From: Desulfohalobiaceae bacterium S24 | GTDB taxonomy: Bacteria; Desulfobacterota; Desulfovibrionia; Desulfovibrionales; Desulfothermaceae | Assembly: GCA_011389765.1 (NCBI GenBank) | Contig: JAABTT010000006.1 | Coordinates: 7,483-71,482, forward strand | Direction of reading: 5' to 3' | DNA: 64,000 nucleotides | Shown: positions 45,208 through 54,926 of the stretch, one piece after another | How positions within the stretch are numbered: the stretch's first letter is position 1 | Layout of the letters: the number at the start of each line of letters is the position of its first letter | Position numbers and translations under genes: made by a program | Notes under the pieces: generated by a model | What the model was told of the DNA's origin: nothing | Databases searched by the model: none | Seen by the model: the letters and a program-made list of their open reading frames with translations, nothing else

Positions 45208-45432
45208 TCAGCCCTCTTGTTTCTTCACGGCAAAGCGGTCTTGTCCCTCTTCCCGGTCTTCCCGTTCTGAAAACGACATTGCCTCAGCAAATGGCTCTTC
45301 GCCTGTTTCGGCCTGTGGGTCGCTTGTTTGTTGAAAGACGACTTCTTCGATATCCTGGAGCAGGGCCTGGGTACTGCTCATGGCCTTCTTGCCCTGGACA
45401 AAATTCTGAACAAATTTTTTTCCTCGTTCCAT
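45208..45432 (-). CDS. Hypothetical acidic small protein (74 aa)
   Basis: ATG 45432 with GAGAGGA 8 nt upstream. No recognisable motif. Confidence 0.3.
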   Translation of the reverse strand: MERGKKFVQNFVQGKKAMSSTQALLQDIEEVVFQQTSDPQAETGEEPFAEAMSFSEREDREEGQDRFAVKKQEG

Positions 45433-45496
45433 ACAACATCCTCTCTTCCCTCTGCCCGTGCCCGGCAAAGGCAAAATGATTCCCTGTGGGCTTGAT

Positions 45497-47890
45497 TCAA
45501 CTCATCCTCTTTTCGGTCTCGGCCACTTTCCTCTTGACTTCCAGCACACTATCCGGGTTGAGTGAAATGGAATCAATGCCCTCCTGTACCAAAAAGGCGG
45601 CAAAATCCGGATAATCGCTCGGGGCTTGACCGCAGATGCCCACTTTGCACTCGGGCTTCACCGACTTCACTGTTTCCAACAGGGATTTGACGGCGCGCTT
45701 GACGGCTTCATTGCGCTCATCAAAGAGATGACCCAGTTCGGATGAGTCCCGATCCACCCCGAGGATTAGCTGGGTCAAATCATTGGAGCCAATGGAAAAA
45801 CCGTCGAAACGCAGGGCGAATTGGTCGGCCAGCAGGATATTGGACGGAATTTCACACATCACATAGACCTGCAGGCCGTTTTTTCCTTGCTGAAGCCCGT
45901 TGTCGGCCAGGACCTCGAGCACCTGATCCGCTTCATCAAGTGTTCGGCAAAAAGGAATCATGACAATGACATTTTTCAAGCCCATTGTCTCCCGTACCCG
46001 GCGAATGGCCCGGCACTCCAGGGCGAATCCGTCGCGGTAGGCCTCGCTGTAATAGCGGGAAGCCCCGCGGAAACCGAGCATAGGATTGTTTTCATGGGGT
46101 TCGAATTGGGCCCCGCCGATGAGATTGGCGTACTCATTGGTCTTGAAATCGCTCATCCGAATGACCACGGGTTCTGGATGCTGGGAGGCGGCGATTTTAC
46201 CGAGACCCATGGCCAGTTGCTCCACAAAGTATTCTTCTTTGTCCGTGTAGCGGTGGGTCAGCTGGCGGATGCGCTCTCTGGCCTCGTTGTCTTCAAGCTT
46301 GTTAAAACGGGTCAGAGCCAGGGGATGGATCTTGATCACATTATTGATCACAAACTCCATTCTGGCCAGACCGATACCCTGGCAGGGAAGCCGCCACCAG
46401 CGATAGGCCGCGTTGGGACTGGAGATATTCATCATAATTCGGATCCGGGTCTTTGGTATCTCCGCCAGGTCGATCTCCTGTTCCTCATAATCTAACAGGC
46501 CGAGATAGACATGGCCCTCCTCGCCTTCGGCGCAGGAAATGGTGACATCCTCCTGGTGATGCAGGACCTGGGTTGCGTTCCCGGTGCCTACAAGAGCCGG
46601 AATGCCCAGTTCCCGGCTGACGATGGCGGCATGACAGGTGCGGCCGCCATGATCGGTCACAATCCCGGCGGCCTGTTTCATGATGGGCACCCAGTCCGGA
46701 TCGGTCATTTCCGTGACCAGGATGGAATCCGGCTCGAATTGATCCAGGTCGGCGGCGGATTTAATCCTGCAAACAGGGCCCGAGGCAATGGCGTCGCCGA
46801 TGCTCAAACCGCTGACCACCCACTCCCCGCTTTGCTTCAAGGTATAATGCTTCAGGCTTGTGGCTTCTTTCTGGGACTGGACTGTCTCCGGACGGGCCTG
46901 AACCAGAAAAAGTGCGCCCGAATCCCCGTCTTTCGCCCATTCCATATCCATGGGCTTCTGGTAATGATCCTCGATTCGCTTGGCCCACCGGGCAAGCTGC
47001 AGAATCTCTTCATCCTGAAGCACCAGGGCGGACTGTTCCCAGACCGAGGTGATAACATTCTTGACGGTCTTGGTGCCCCCTTCGCTGTAGACCATTTTTT
47101 TCTCTTTGGCCCCGACCGTTTTTTCCACGATGGGCATCAAGGTTTCCTCCTGGAGCAGCGGTTTGAAAACCCGGTATTCATCAGGTGTGACAGAGCCCTG
47201 GACCACGTTTTCACCAAGGCCCCAGGCCGCATTGATGATGATCATATCCGGAAATCCGGTCTCGGTGTCGATGGAAAACATGACCCCGGAACCGGCAAGG
47301 TCCGAGCGGACCATCTTTTGAACCCCGGCGGAAAGGGCCACTTTGAGATGATCAAAGCCTTTTTCCGCCCTGTAACTGATGGCCCGGTCCGTAAACAGGG
47401 AGGCAAAACACTTTCTGACCGATTCCAGAAGCTGCTGTTCACCGCTGATGTTCAAAAAGGTCTCCTGCTGGCCGGCGAAGCTCGCCTCCGGCAGGTCTTC
47501 GGCCGTGGCGCTGCTGCGGACGGCCACATCCACAGCCTCGTCTTTGTATCGTTCACAAAGATTGCGATAGGCCCGCCGGACATCGGCTTCAATGGCTTCG
47601 GGCCATTTGGCCTCAAGTATCCGATTCCTGACGGATTTGCCGACCTCGCTCAAGGAAAGCGATCCTGACTCATATCGAGTGAACAAGTCCTGAAAGACTT
47701 CATCAAGGCCGTTGGACCGGATGACCTCCCAATAGGCCCTGGCGGTGGTGGCAAAACCGTCCGGGACTCGTATGCCTTCCTGTTTGAGTTCCTGAATCAT
47801 CGACCCCAAAGCCGCATTTTTTCCGCCGACTTTTTGGACGTCATCCATACTCAGTTCTTCCAGCGGACGAACATAGCTGCCGTTATTCAC
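45497..47890 (-). CDS. ppsA: Phosphoenolpyruvate synthase
   Basis: GGKNAALGSMI ATP-grasp N-terminus, phospho-His motif GGRTCHAAIVSRELGIPA, PEP-utilising C-terminus. GTG 47890 (GGGGGAG upstream) is preferred because the 5' end of the track ORF (to 47947) is a terminator hairpin. Confidence 0.92.
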   Translation of the reverse strand: MNNGSYVRPLEELSMDDVQKVGGKNAALGSMIQELKQEGIRVPDGFATTARAYWEVIRSNGLDEVFQDLFTRYESGSLSLSEVGKSVRNRILEAKWPEAIEADVRRAYRNLCERYKDEAVDVAVRSSATAEDLPEASFAGQQETFLNISGEQQLLESVRKCFASLFTDRAISYRAEKGFDHLKVALSAGVQKMVRSDLAGSGVMFSIDTETGFPDMIIINAAWGLGENVVQGSVTPDEYRVFKPLLQEETLMPIVEKTVGAKEKKMVYSEGGTKTVKNVITSVWEQSALVLQDEEILQLARWAKRIEDHYQKPMDMEWAKDGDSGALFLVQARPETVQSQKEATSLKHYTLKQSGEWVVSGLSIGDAIASGPVCRIKSAADLDQFEPDSILVTEMTDPDWVPIMKQAAGIVTDHGGRTCHAAIVSRELGIPALVGTGNATQVLHHQEDVTISCAEGEEGHVYLGLLDYEEQEIDLAEIPKTRIRIMMNISSPNAAYRWWRLPCQGIGLARMEFVINNVIKIHPLALTRFNKLEDNEARERIRQLTHRYTDKEEYFVEQLAMGLGKIAASQHPEPVVIRMSDFKTNEYANLIGGAQFEPHENNPMLGFRGASRYYSEAYRDGFALECRAIRRVRETMGLKNVIVMIPFCRTLDEADQVLEVLADNGLQQGKNGLQVYVMCEIPSNILLADQFALRFDGFSIGSNDLTQLILGVDRDSSELGHLFDERNEAVKRAVKSLLETVKSVKPECKVGICGQAPSDYPDFAAFLVQEGIDSISLNPDSVLEVKRKVAETEKRMS

Positions 47891-47906
47891 AACTCCCCCT
47901 TTCAAG

Positions 47907-47936
47907 CAAAACCGGGTCTGAACAGACCCGGTTTTG
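47907..47936 (-). terminator. Intrinsic terminator downstream of the PAS-LuxR gene, upstream of ppsA
   Basis: In the minus sense: CAAAACCGGGTCTG-TT-CAGACCCGGTTTTG followed by CTTG. A perfect 14-bp stem. Confidence 0.7.
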
Positions 47937-48050
47937 ATCAGACTCATGTTTCATAGGATACGGGCAAACCCGCTTGTGGTTCTGCACAAGAGATGATTGG
48001 CCTGATGGGACTGGCCGCAATTTCAGCAGAACCGTCCCGGGATCCCTTGA

Positions 48051-48752
48051 TCAGGCATTGCTGTAGAAAAAATTACCGGGCAGACTTTTTTCCACCCGAA
48101 GATAGGTGCACAAGGGTGTCTTGCAGCCTTTGAGCCCCATTTTTTTGCGAATATTTTTGCGGTGGGTCTGAATGGTCTCGAATGAAGAAAACAACTTGTT
48201 CGCAATTTCCTTGCTGGTCAGGCCGTCCTGTATGTACTGGCAAACCTCCATTTCTGTCGGGGTCAATTTGAGCAAGTCTTCATCCATGTCCCGGAAAGAC
48301 TCCCGGGCCATGGCAGGGGCCGGTTTGGCCTGGATGCTGATCGAAAATACATGCTGTCCGTTGAGCTGCACCCGCTGCATCCGAAATCTGGCCTCACATG
48401 TCTGATGATCGGCATCCATGACTTCCAGATCCTGCTGCCAGGATTGCTCATCCCTGGAAAGCGACCTCTGCAGCTGAAAAAAATCACGGTGAAATTGTTC
48501 ATGGATGAGCTGCCGTATATTTTGTCCCAGCAAATCACCCTGGCTCCAGCCCAAATTTCGGGTAAAGCTGGAATTGACAGCCAGCACCTGGCAGGTTTCA
48601 TCCAAGAATAACATGGGAGTGCTAATGGAATCAAACAAAACTTTCATCAACTTGTATCCATCATCATCGGTTTTCTGCTTCGCAACTTTTCTGCTTTTTG
48701 GACTTGCCATTTCCTGAAACATACGTCCCTCCTGACCAAAAATTTCCAACAC
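48051..48752 (-). CDS. PAS-domain LuxR/FixJ-type HTH transcriptional regulator
   Basis: 233-aa ORF. PAS-like LFLDETCQVLAVNSSF..., C-terminal LTPTEMEVCQYIQDGLTSKEIANKLFSSFETIQTHRKNIRKKMG. The exact start is uncertain. Confidence 0.8.
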   Translation of the reverse strand: MLEIFGQEGRMFQEMASPKSRKVAKQKTDDDGYKLMKVLFDSISTPMLFLDETCQVLAVNSSFTRNLGWSQGDLLGQNIRQLIHEQFHRDFFQLQRSLSRDEQSWQQDLEVMDADHQTCEARFRMQRVQLNGQHVFSISIQAKPAPAMARESFRDMDEDLLKLTPTEMEVCQYIQDGLTSKEIANKLFSSFETIQTHRKNIRKKMGLKGCKTPLCTYLRVEKSLPGNFFYSNA

Positions 48753-48873
48753 ATTTGAAATCGCGTCGTTTCAAAATAGTTGCAAAGAGCGTGCCTGAAG
48801 GGGTAAATGGGGAAAACAGGTGATCAGCTCTGAACTTGAGGGATCGATGGCCTGAGAAAAAAAGAGGGAGAGC

Positions 48874-48921
48874 ATGTGACATGCCACACCCTGCCCGGGG
48901 AGCAAGTGAGACATGTCACAC
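48874..48921. promoter_or_regulatory. Second pair of TGTGAC-ATG-type dyad sites, 32 nt apart, upstream of the PAS-LuxR gene
   Basis: ATGTGACATGCCACAC at 48874-48889. GTGAGACATGTCACAC at 48906-48921 is the exact reverse complement of 27953-27968. Confidence 0.5.
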
Positions 48922-48927
48922 TCAAAA

Positions 48928-50679
48928 CTAGACCGGAAGTTTAAACTGTTCGATCTTCCGGTAAAGGGTTTTTCGATGGCAGCCCAGAATTTGAGCTGCC
49001 TTGGATTTGTTGCCTTCGGACTGGGCCAGAGCCTGTTCAATGTGTTCCCGGGTCAAATCCCGGGGAGATTTGGATTTAATGGACAAGCCCTGACTGCTGC
49101 TGAAATCGATCATCTCCAGGGGGAGATGGTCGATATTGATCAAACTGCCGGGGCTGAGAAGACAGCCGTGCTCTATGGTATGTTTCAGCTCTCTGATGTT
49201 TCCCGGCCATTCATAGCGCATAAAGATATTCAGGACCGCTTCGCTCACTCCGAAGATCTCTTTCTGGAATTCCCGGCTGAAATGACTGCAAAAATAGTCG
49301 ATCAGCAAGGGAATATCTTCTTTCCGTTCCCGCAAAGGGGGCAGCGAAATCGGCAAAACCTTAAGGCGGTAATACAGATCTTCTCGAAAAACCCCTTGGG
49401 CAACTTTTTGGGCCAGGTCGACATTGGTGGCGGAGATGATTCGGCAGTCCACTGTGATGGTTTGGCTGGACCCAACCTTCTCAAATGATTTACTTTCCAG
49501 GACTCTGAGTAATTTCAGCTGAATGCGCTGGGAGATTTCGCCAACTTCATCAAGAAAAATCGTTCCTTTATGGGCCGCTTCGAACCGTCCGATCTTATCC
49601 CGGTGCGCTCCGGTGAAAGCCCCTTTGACATGTCCAAACAGTTCGCTGTCCAAAAGGTCTTCTGAAAGAGCGGAGCAGTTGACTTTGCATAAGGGCCCTT
49701 CGGCCCTGATCCCTGTATGATGCAGGGCGTCCATGACGTTTTCCTTGCCTGTCCCGCTTTCCCCGAGAATGAGTACAGTGGAGTCCACATTGCTCAATTG
49801 ACGGATCAATGTGTAGACCCGCTGCATTTTATGGCTTTTTCCAATGATGTTCCTGAACTTGCGGCGGTTCTGAATCTGTTCCTCCAGCTCCTGCTCCCGG
49901 GTGACGTCCTTGAGAATCATGGTCGCCCCGATCAGCTCCTGCCGGCTGTTCAACAAGGGAGTGCTGGTGACAAGGAGGACTTTTGGACGCATTCCGGAAT
50001 AGGGGCACTCCACCCGCCGGTTTAAAATCTGCCGGTTCTCCTTGCGGGTCATTTTTAAGAACTCGAAACAACACCCTTTTCCAAGCTCTGCATCGAGATG
50101 ACTCAGGTCCTGATTCACCTCCAGTTTCCGTCCGAAGGGACATACAATCGGCATGGCTTTGTTGAAATCGAGCACGATGTTTTGTGCATCAATAGTGATG
50201 AGGCCGTCTGGAATGCTGTTGAAAACGCTTTCCAATTGTTTCTGGTATCGCTCTTTCTCCTTCAGGGTCAGGGCCAGCTGCTCTTCATAGTGTTTTTTTT
50301 CCCGGGCCAGCTGGAGGTTGTAAAAGGCAATCTTCATGGCCTTTTCCAAAACCTTGAGGTCGTCCAAGGACTTAATGAGATAATTGGTGGCCCCGAGACG
50401 AAGCGCGTGAATAACGTCCTCCATCTCCCCTATTCCGGAAATAACCAGAATCGGAATTTCCGAATCCAGGCGGCGAATCTGTTTGAGGACCTCGAATCCG
50501 TCCATACCCGGCATGCGAAGATCCAGAAGCAGGACATCCGGCGTCGTGTCATGAAAACACTGCAGCCCTTTTGCACCGGACTCAGCCAGAACAACGCTAT
50601 AGCCAAGCTCCTGGAGAAAACCCCCGATGACCTGACGACTCATGCGATCGTCATCGATATACAAAATTGATTTATCCAT
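48928..50679 (-). CDS. Sigma-54-dependent response regulator (REC-PAS-AAA+-Fis HTH)
   Basis: [11 protein letters not shown]...[14 protein letters not shown]+ [14 protein letters not shown] sigma-54 contact motif, C-terminal [19 protein letters not shown]. Alternative start at 50712. Confidence 0.9.
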   Translation of the reverse strand: MDKSILYIDDDRMSRQVIGGFLQELGYSVVLAESGAKGLQCFHDTTPDVLLLDLRMPGMDGFEVLKQIRRLDSEIPILVISGIGEMEDVIHALRLGATNYLIKSLDDLKVLEKAMKIAFYNLQLAREKKHYEEQLALTLKEKERYQKQLESVFNSIPDGLITIDAQNIVLDFNKAMPIVCPFGRKLEVNQDLSHLDAELGKGCCFEFLKMTRKENRQILNRRVECPYSGMRPKVLLVTSTPLLNSRQELIGATMILKDVTREQELEEQIQNRRKFRNIIGKSHKMQRVYTLIRQLSNVDSTVLILGESGTGKENVMDALHHTGIRAEGPLCKVNCSALSEDLLDSELFGHVKGAFTGAHRDKIGRFEAAHKGTIFLDEVGEISQRIQLKLLRVLESKSFEKVGSSQTITVDCRIISATNVDLAQKVAQGVFREDLYYRLKVLPISLPPLRERKEDIPLLIDYFCSHFSREFQKEIFGVSEAVLNIFMRYEWPGNIRELKHTIEHGCLLSPGSLINIDHLPLEMIDFSSSQGLSIKSKSPRDLTREHIEQALAQSEGNKSKAAQILGCHRKTLYRKIEQFKLPV

Positions 50680-50736
50680 TTCTCCACCGGTATTTGGACG
50701 GAGACCATGCATCTCTTTCCAACAAATTGAAGAGGC

Positions 50737-51102
50737 TCAACTCACTGACACCTCATCGAGATATGCAAGTGTCTGTTGGAAAGACGGGGGCAGCTGTTCA
50801 ATCTTGTCGTACAGAGCATCCTGGTTTGCATTCCGGGCGTCGATTTCTATATTTTGGGACAGCTCCTGAACCAGAACAGCGCCGATCAAGGCGGCATTGC
50901 CCTTAAGCGTATGCGCCAGGTCCTTGAGGGACTGCAAATTCCCTTTGGCAAAAGCGCTCTGCATTTCAGGCAGCAGGGTCTCTTGCAGGGAGGCGAACTC
51001 CTGCTTCAATACGTCAAGAAGATTGGGCTTTCCGGCAAATTGTTTTTCCAGTTTTTCGATGTCCAGATAGGCTGTGGGTTCGGTCTTTTTCTCTTGTATC
51101 AT
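50737..51102 (-). CDS. Hpt (histidine phosphotransfer) domain protein
   Basis: 121-aa helical protein with AHTLKGNAALIGA around the phospho-His. Confidence 0.8.
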   Translation of the reverse strand: MIQEKKTEPTAYLDIEKLEKQFAGKPNLLDVLKQEFASLQETLLPEMQSAFAKGNLQSLKDLAHTLKGNAALIGAVLVQELSQNIEIDARNANQDALYDKIEQLPPSFQQTLAYLDEVSVS

Positions 51103-51509
51103 AGGCTTCCTTCCCTAGAATTTTCGATTATTCAGACAAAGAATACGAACTGCTTGTCTGAGATAAAACCAATACCTTAGTGGTTTCAAGGAGTTGGTTT
51201 TTTGCATCCATCACGGCAGATCCCCTCTTCAAGATTTGCCTGAAATAAGAATAAATCTTCTGTGTTTCTATACTCCCGGCGTCGATAAAGACATCCTCTT
51301 GTTCTGACATCTGTCATATAGGGCGCACTGCGCAACTAAAGTATGAATTCTTTGTAGCATAATCGCAAAGGAGGAGGAACGGTGATTTTTCGGGGAGAAA
51401 TCGCGGCTGTTTTCATGTCCGTGCCCGTTTTAAGTTCGAAAAAAACACGATTGCTGTGAAGAAATAACAGAATAGGCCATCTGCAGGTACGGCCCAAAAG
51501 TTCATAGAA

Positions 51510-51541
51510 AATCCATTTTTTGCTTTTGCAAAAAATGGATT
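51510..51541 (-). terminator. Terminator hairpin at the end of the V-ATPase operon
   Basis: AATCCATTTTTTGC-TTTT-GCAAAAAATGGATT overlapping the ntpK stop codon, followed by a U-rich stretch in the minus sense. Confidence 0.6.
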
Positions 51542-52010
51542 AGAATGTTCCCTGCACAAAGACCATGACAAACAAGGCCACGGTCTCCACAATGCCGATG
51601 GTCAAGAGATAATTGCCGAACCCCTGACCAGTCTCCCCCAGGGCGTCGGCTGCGGCGGCTCCGGCCTTGCCCTGGAACCAGGAGGAGGCGCCCATGGCCA
51701 GTCCTCCGGTAATTCCGGCGACGAGCATGGCCGGCCAGTTCAAAAAATCCGCTCCGCCGGACAGGGCCTGTTCGCTGATTCCCAGCATCATGTTCATCAG
51801 GATGAGTCCGTAGATGGTTTGCGAAAGTGGCGCCCCGATGAAAGTGATCAGGATGAACTGGGCGTTCTTGTTCTGGGCGTAAGCTTTTTTCCAGGCTCCG
51901 ATGGCGGCCATGCCGGCCGTTCCGGTTCCCAGAGCCGATCCGGCCGCAGCCAGACATAAAGCGGCGGCAGCTCCGGCATTGCCCAGGGCAGTCATGAGTT
52001 GCATGTCCAT
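51540..52010 (-). CDS. ntpK: V-type ATPase subunit K (proteolipid c-ring)
   Basis: 156-aa, four-TM, Gly/Ala-rich proteolipid. Last gene of the operon. Confidence 0.85.
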   Translation of the reverse strand: MDMQLMTALGNAGAAAALCLAAAGSALGTGTAGMAAIGAWKKAYAQNKNAQFILITFIGAPLSQTIYGLILMNMMLGISEQALSGGADFLNWPAMLVAGITGGLAMGASSWFQGKAGAAAADALGETGQGFGNYLLTIGIVETVALFVMVFVQGTF

Positions 52011-52023
52011 AAGAGGTCTCCGG

Positions 52024-52053
52024 GTGTCAGCTTTGCCTCCGGCAAAGCTGACA
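52024..52053. repeat. Hairpin repeat family D, copy 3
   Basis: GTGTCAGCTTTGCC-TCC-GGCAAAGCTGACAC, 14 nt upstream of the ntpK start. Confidence 0.8.
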
Positions 52054-52149
52054 CAAAATTTTTTGAAATAAAAAATACTATTCGATTATCTTCGTATGCA
52101 GATGTTGAATTCTTTCACTCCCGGTTTGATCGCTGAAGAAACTGGGAGG

Positions 52150-52323
52150 CAGAATTTGAACGTCCAACATCGAACGTTGAACATTGAACTTTGAATAAAG
52201 ATAAAAAGAAAAATGAATGAAATACCAATTGGTTGAAAGAAGAGACCGATTTGGAAATTGAACATGCATTTTCTTTGATTCATCATTCATCATTGGACGT
52301 TCGATGTTCGATGTTCATTCTGC
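52150..52323. repeat. Family B repeats, inverted pair about 50 nt apart, in the ntpI-ntpK gap
   Basis: CAGAATTTGAACGTCCAACATCGAACGTTGAAC... at 52150-52220, and the reverse copy ...GGACGTTCGATGTTCGATGTTCATTCTG at 52271-52323. Confidence 0.85.
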
Positions 52324-52350
52324 TCTCCGCGCTGACATTCGATACCTTCC

Positions 52351-54126
52351 TCAGGCCTCTTCACCGGGGGGAGGGTGCCTCCGGGCGAAAGGGTTGAACC
52401 GGGTTCCGGTCCATTGGATACCGGTGTGTCCGGCAAATTCGAGAGTATTCAGACGCACTCCGTGCACGAGGACTCCCATTCCGGCCAGGAGGATGTTCAA
52501 TCCATGCCCCAGAAAAATCACACAGGCTGCGGCCAGTCCCGCGAATATGCCTGGGCCGATTTCGCCGGCCATGCTGTTGAAAGCCGAAGCAATGGCATAG
52601 GTGGCCATGCCCACGGCATAGAGCCGGATATAGGAAACCAGATCAACAAAGCTGCTGATGAGATCCAGAGGCAGGCGGACGTATTCCGGCCAGTTGCGCC
52701 CAATGGATGAGAGCGGCAGCATGAAAAAAACAATCAGGGCAAGGCCGCCGCCAAAGACGAAGAGCATGGCCTCCGGAAAATCTTCCAGAAGGACCAGGTG
52801 CCTGGCCAGAAAAAACATGGACCAGGTGACCATGATCCAGCCCAGTTGCGCCAGGGCCCGGACCTGGGGCAGCAGAAGCACCAGGCGCCAGGTATGGGCC
52901 AGGGTCAGCTGCAGCCCCCCGATAATGAAACAGAGCAGCATGAGGTGCCGATCCGAGTTCTCGCCGCTCAGCCAGTCCACCTGAACCGGCTGGAGCATTG
53001 CGGGTAAGGCCTGAAGGCCGAAAAGATTGCCGTTCATCAGCCCCCAGACGACCGTGCAGCCGCTCATGATGAGCATCAGCCGGAAGGCATGTTCCGGCAT
53101 CCGGATGAAGCGTCCCGCCAGCAGGGTCCCGCCGATAAACAGGGCGCCGTATCCGGCATCCCCCACGATCATGGCGAAAAACAGGCTTAGAAAGAGAAGA
53201 AAGGGCAGACTGATGTCCGTTTCAAAATACCCCGGCACCACACCGATCAATTCGAAGACGCTTTTAATGGGCCTGACCCAGGCCGGATGCTCGAGGAGGG
53301 TCGGGGGGCGATCCTCCGATTCGACCTCCCGGACCGACAGTCCCCAGCCCCCTTCGACGGCGCTGCGCTGGAGCCGGGACAGCCTTTTTCCGGGCACGAA
53401 ACCCTCCAGGGCCAGGACCGGTCCGTGTTCGGCCAGGCCGGATCTGGCTGTGACGAAATCATAGCGATCCCTGGCCTTTTCGAGTTCCGCATCCAATTCA
53501 AAACGATAGATCGCGTATCCGAACAATTGTTGTCGGAGGCGTTCCTGCTCGTCCTCACGCTCCTTTTTTTCCCGGTGGAGGGTCTCCAGAGAGGCACGGG
53601 GCAAGGAGAATTCCGGGATGTCGACAGTCAAATCATCAAGCCCTATGAGAACGAAACAGACCGTCTCCTTGTCCCGAAAGGTCTCCACACGATAGACGCC
53701 TTCCGGAATCACCGGCTCCGAATGCACCGAGGTCTCGTACAAGCGCAGCCGCACTCCGCTCTTTTCCAGACGGCGGACCGCATCGGGATCGAATGGCCCG
53801 AACGGCCGGATACGTTCGATTTCCTGCTCCAGATTGTCGATTTCCTGGCGGATCCGCCGGCTCTTTTCCAGCAGCTGCCACATGGCCTCCACATCGAACC
53901 GAGGCGGCATTTCTTCCCGGGTCTGATCCTCGCGCACAGTCTCCGGCATCATCTCCCGGAGCTGCCGGATCTTGTCGAGCCACTCCCGGGCCGCTTCCAC
54001 CTCACTGTCTTCGGGAACCGCAGCAAAGCTGAGATGCATCACTCCGAGTTCCTGGAGTGTCTCCAGGGCCTGCTCCCGGTCCTGACGGCTGACCAGGAGG
54101 GTCACCTTGTTCATGGTCACGATCAT
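52351..54126 (-). CDS. ntpI: V-type ATPase subunit I (a-subunit, membrane stator)
   Basis: ATG 54126 overlaps the ntpD stop (ATGA). N-terminal cytoplasmic coiled-coil domain plus a C-terminal polytopic domain. The track ORF extends to 54237. Confidence 0.85.
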   Translation of the reverse strand: MIVTMNKVTLLVSRQDREQALETLQELGVMHLSFAAVPEDSEVEAAREWLDKIRQLREMMPETVREDQTREEMPPRFDVEAMWQLLEKSRRIRQEIDNLEQEIERIRPFGPFDPDAVRRLEKSGVRLRLYETSVHSEPVIPEGVYRVETFRDKETVCFVLIGLDDLTVDIPEFSLPRASLETLHREKKEREDEQERLRQQLFGYAIYRFELDAELEKARDRYDFVTARSGLAEHGPVLALEGFVPGKRLSRLQRSAVEGGWGLSVREVESEDRPPTLLEHPAWVRPIKSVFELIGVVPGYFETDISLPFLLFLSLFFAMIVGDAGYGALFIGGTLLAGRFIRMPEHAFRLMLIMSGCTVVWGLMNGNLFGLQALPAMLQPVQVDWLSGENSDRHLMLLCFIIGGLQLTLAHTWRLVLLLPQVRALAQLGWIMVTWSMFFLARHLVLLEDFPEAMLFVFGGGLALIVFFMLPLSSIGRNWPEYVRLPLDLISSFVDLVSYIRLYAVGMATYAIASAFNSMAGEIGPGIFAGLAAACVIFLGHGLNILLAGMGVLVHGVRLNTLEFAGHTGIQWTGTRFNPFARRHPPPGEEA

Positions 54127-54725
54127 GCCCCGCTGGACCTCTCCTGCATTTTGGCCTTGGCCAGCTTGGCCCGGGCCACGGCCATGGTTTGTAAATCCCC
54201 CAGGGCGATTTGGATGGTTCGAATATTTTCCCGGCACTCCGGAATTTTGACCTTCTCGAACAGATTGACCCGTTGGTTCGTCTTGCGCAATTCCAGGTGC
54301 AAGACATCCAATTCCAGCCGGAGAAGTCGTTTTTGCAATTCCAGCCTAACCGCCGTCTTCAAAGCTTCCAGGGCCTCGTCGATCCAGGGCGGCGTTTGAA
54401 AAACATCCTGGGTGTTTTCTTCAAATTCCAGCCGATCCAGGCCTCGAATCCGCAATCCCACTACATTATGTTCCTGGATCGCAAGCTCCCGAACTTGGAG
54501 CAGAGACTCCAGCTCCTGGTCCTCGGCAAACAGGGCGATCCATGACTCAAGTCTCTCTTCAAAATCGCGCTTTTGCCTCTCGAGATCCTGGAGCTGTTCC
54601 CGCCCCCGTTCCACCTGTCCCTGCAGTTGCTGCTTCTTGAGCTGCAAGGTGGGCAGAAAACGCTGATAGCGCTGCAGCTCAAAGCGCTGGGTTTTGAGTT
54701 CGCTTTTGGTGAGCTTGATCTTCAT
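54123..54725 (-). CDS. ntpD: V-type ATPase subunit D (central stalk)
   Basis: 200-aa coiled-coil protein. MKIKLTKSELK...LELRKTNQRVNLFEKVKIPE is typical of subunit D. Confidence 0.85.
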   Translation of the reverse strand: MKIKLTKSELKTQRFELQRYQRFLPTLQLKKQQLQGQVERGREQLQDLERQKRDFEERLESWIALFAEDQELESLLQVRELAIQEHNVVGLRIRGLDRLEFEENTQDVFQTPPWIDEALEALKTAVRLELQKRLLRLELDVLHLELRKTNQRVNLFEKVKIPECRENIRTIQIALGDLQTMAVARAKLAKAKMQERSSGA

Positions 54726-54926
54726 ACTTTCGCTCGGCCTGCCGTGCGTTTCATTCTATATCATCAGTCCGGCCATCGCTGCGTTACGTTCCGGGCTGCC
54801 CGCACGGCAGGCCTCCCGAAAGTATCCATACTGATCCACAAAGCCTGTTGTGAAAATGAGCATTGAAGCCCTGACATCATCAGCTTTGTTGTGAACCCCA
54901 AAATTGGATCAACTCAATCCCTCAAA

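Noticed and set aside
51128-51310. 60-aa reverse ORF upstream of the Hpt gene
   Set aside because: No SD or motif, and it sits at the threshold length. Insufficient support.
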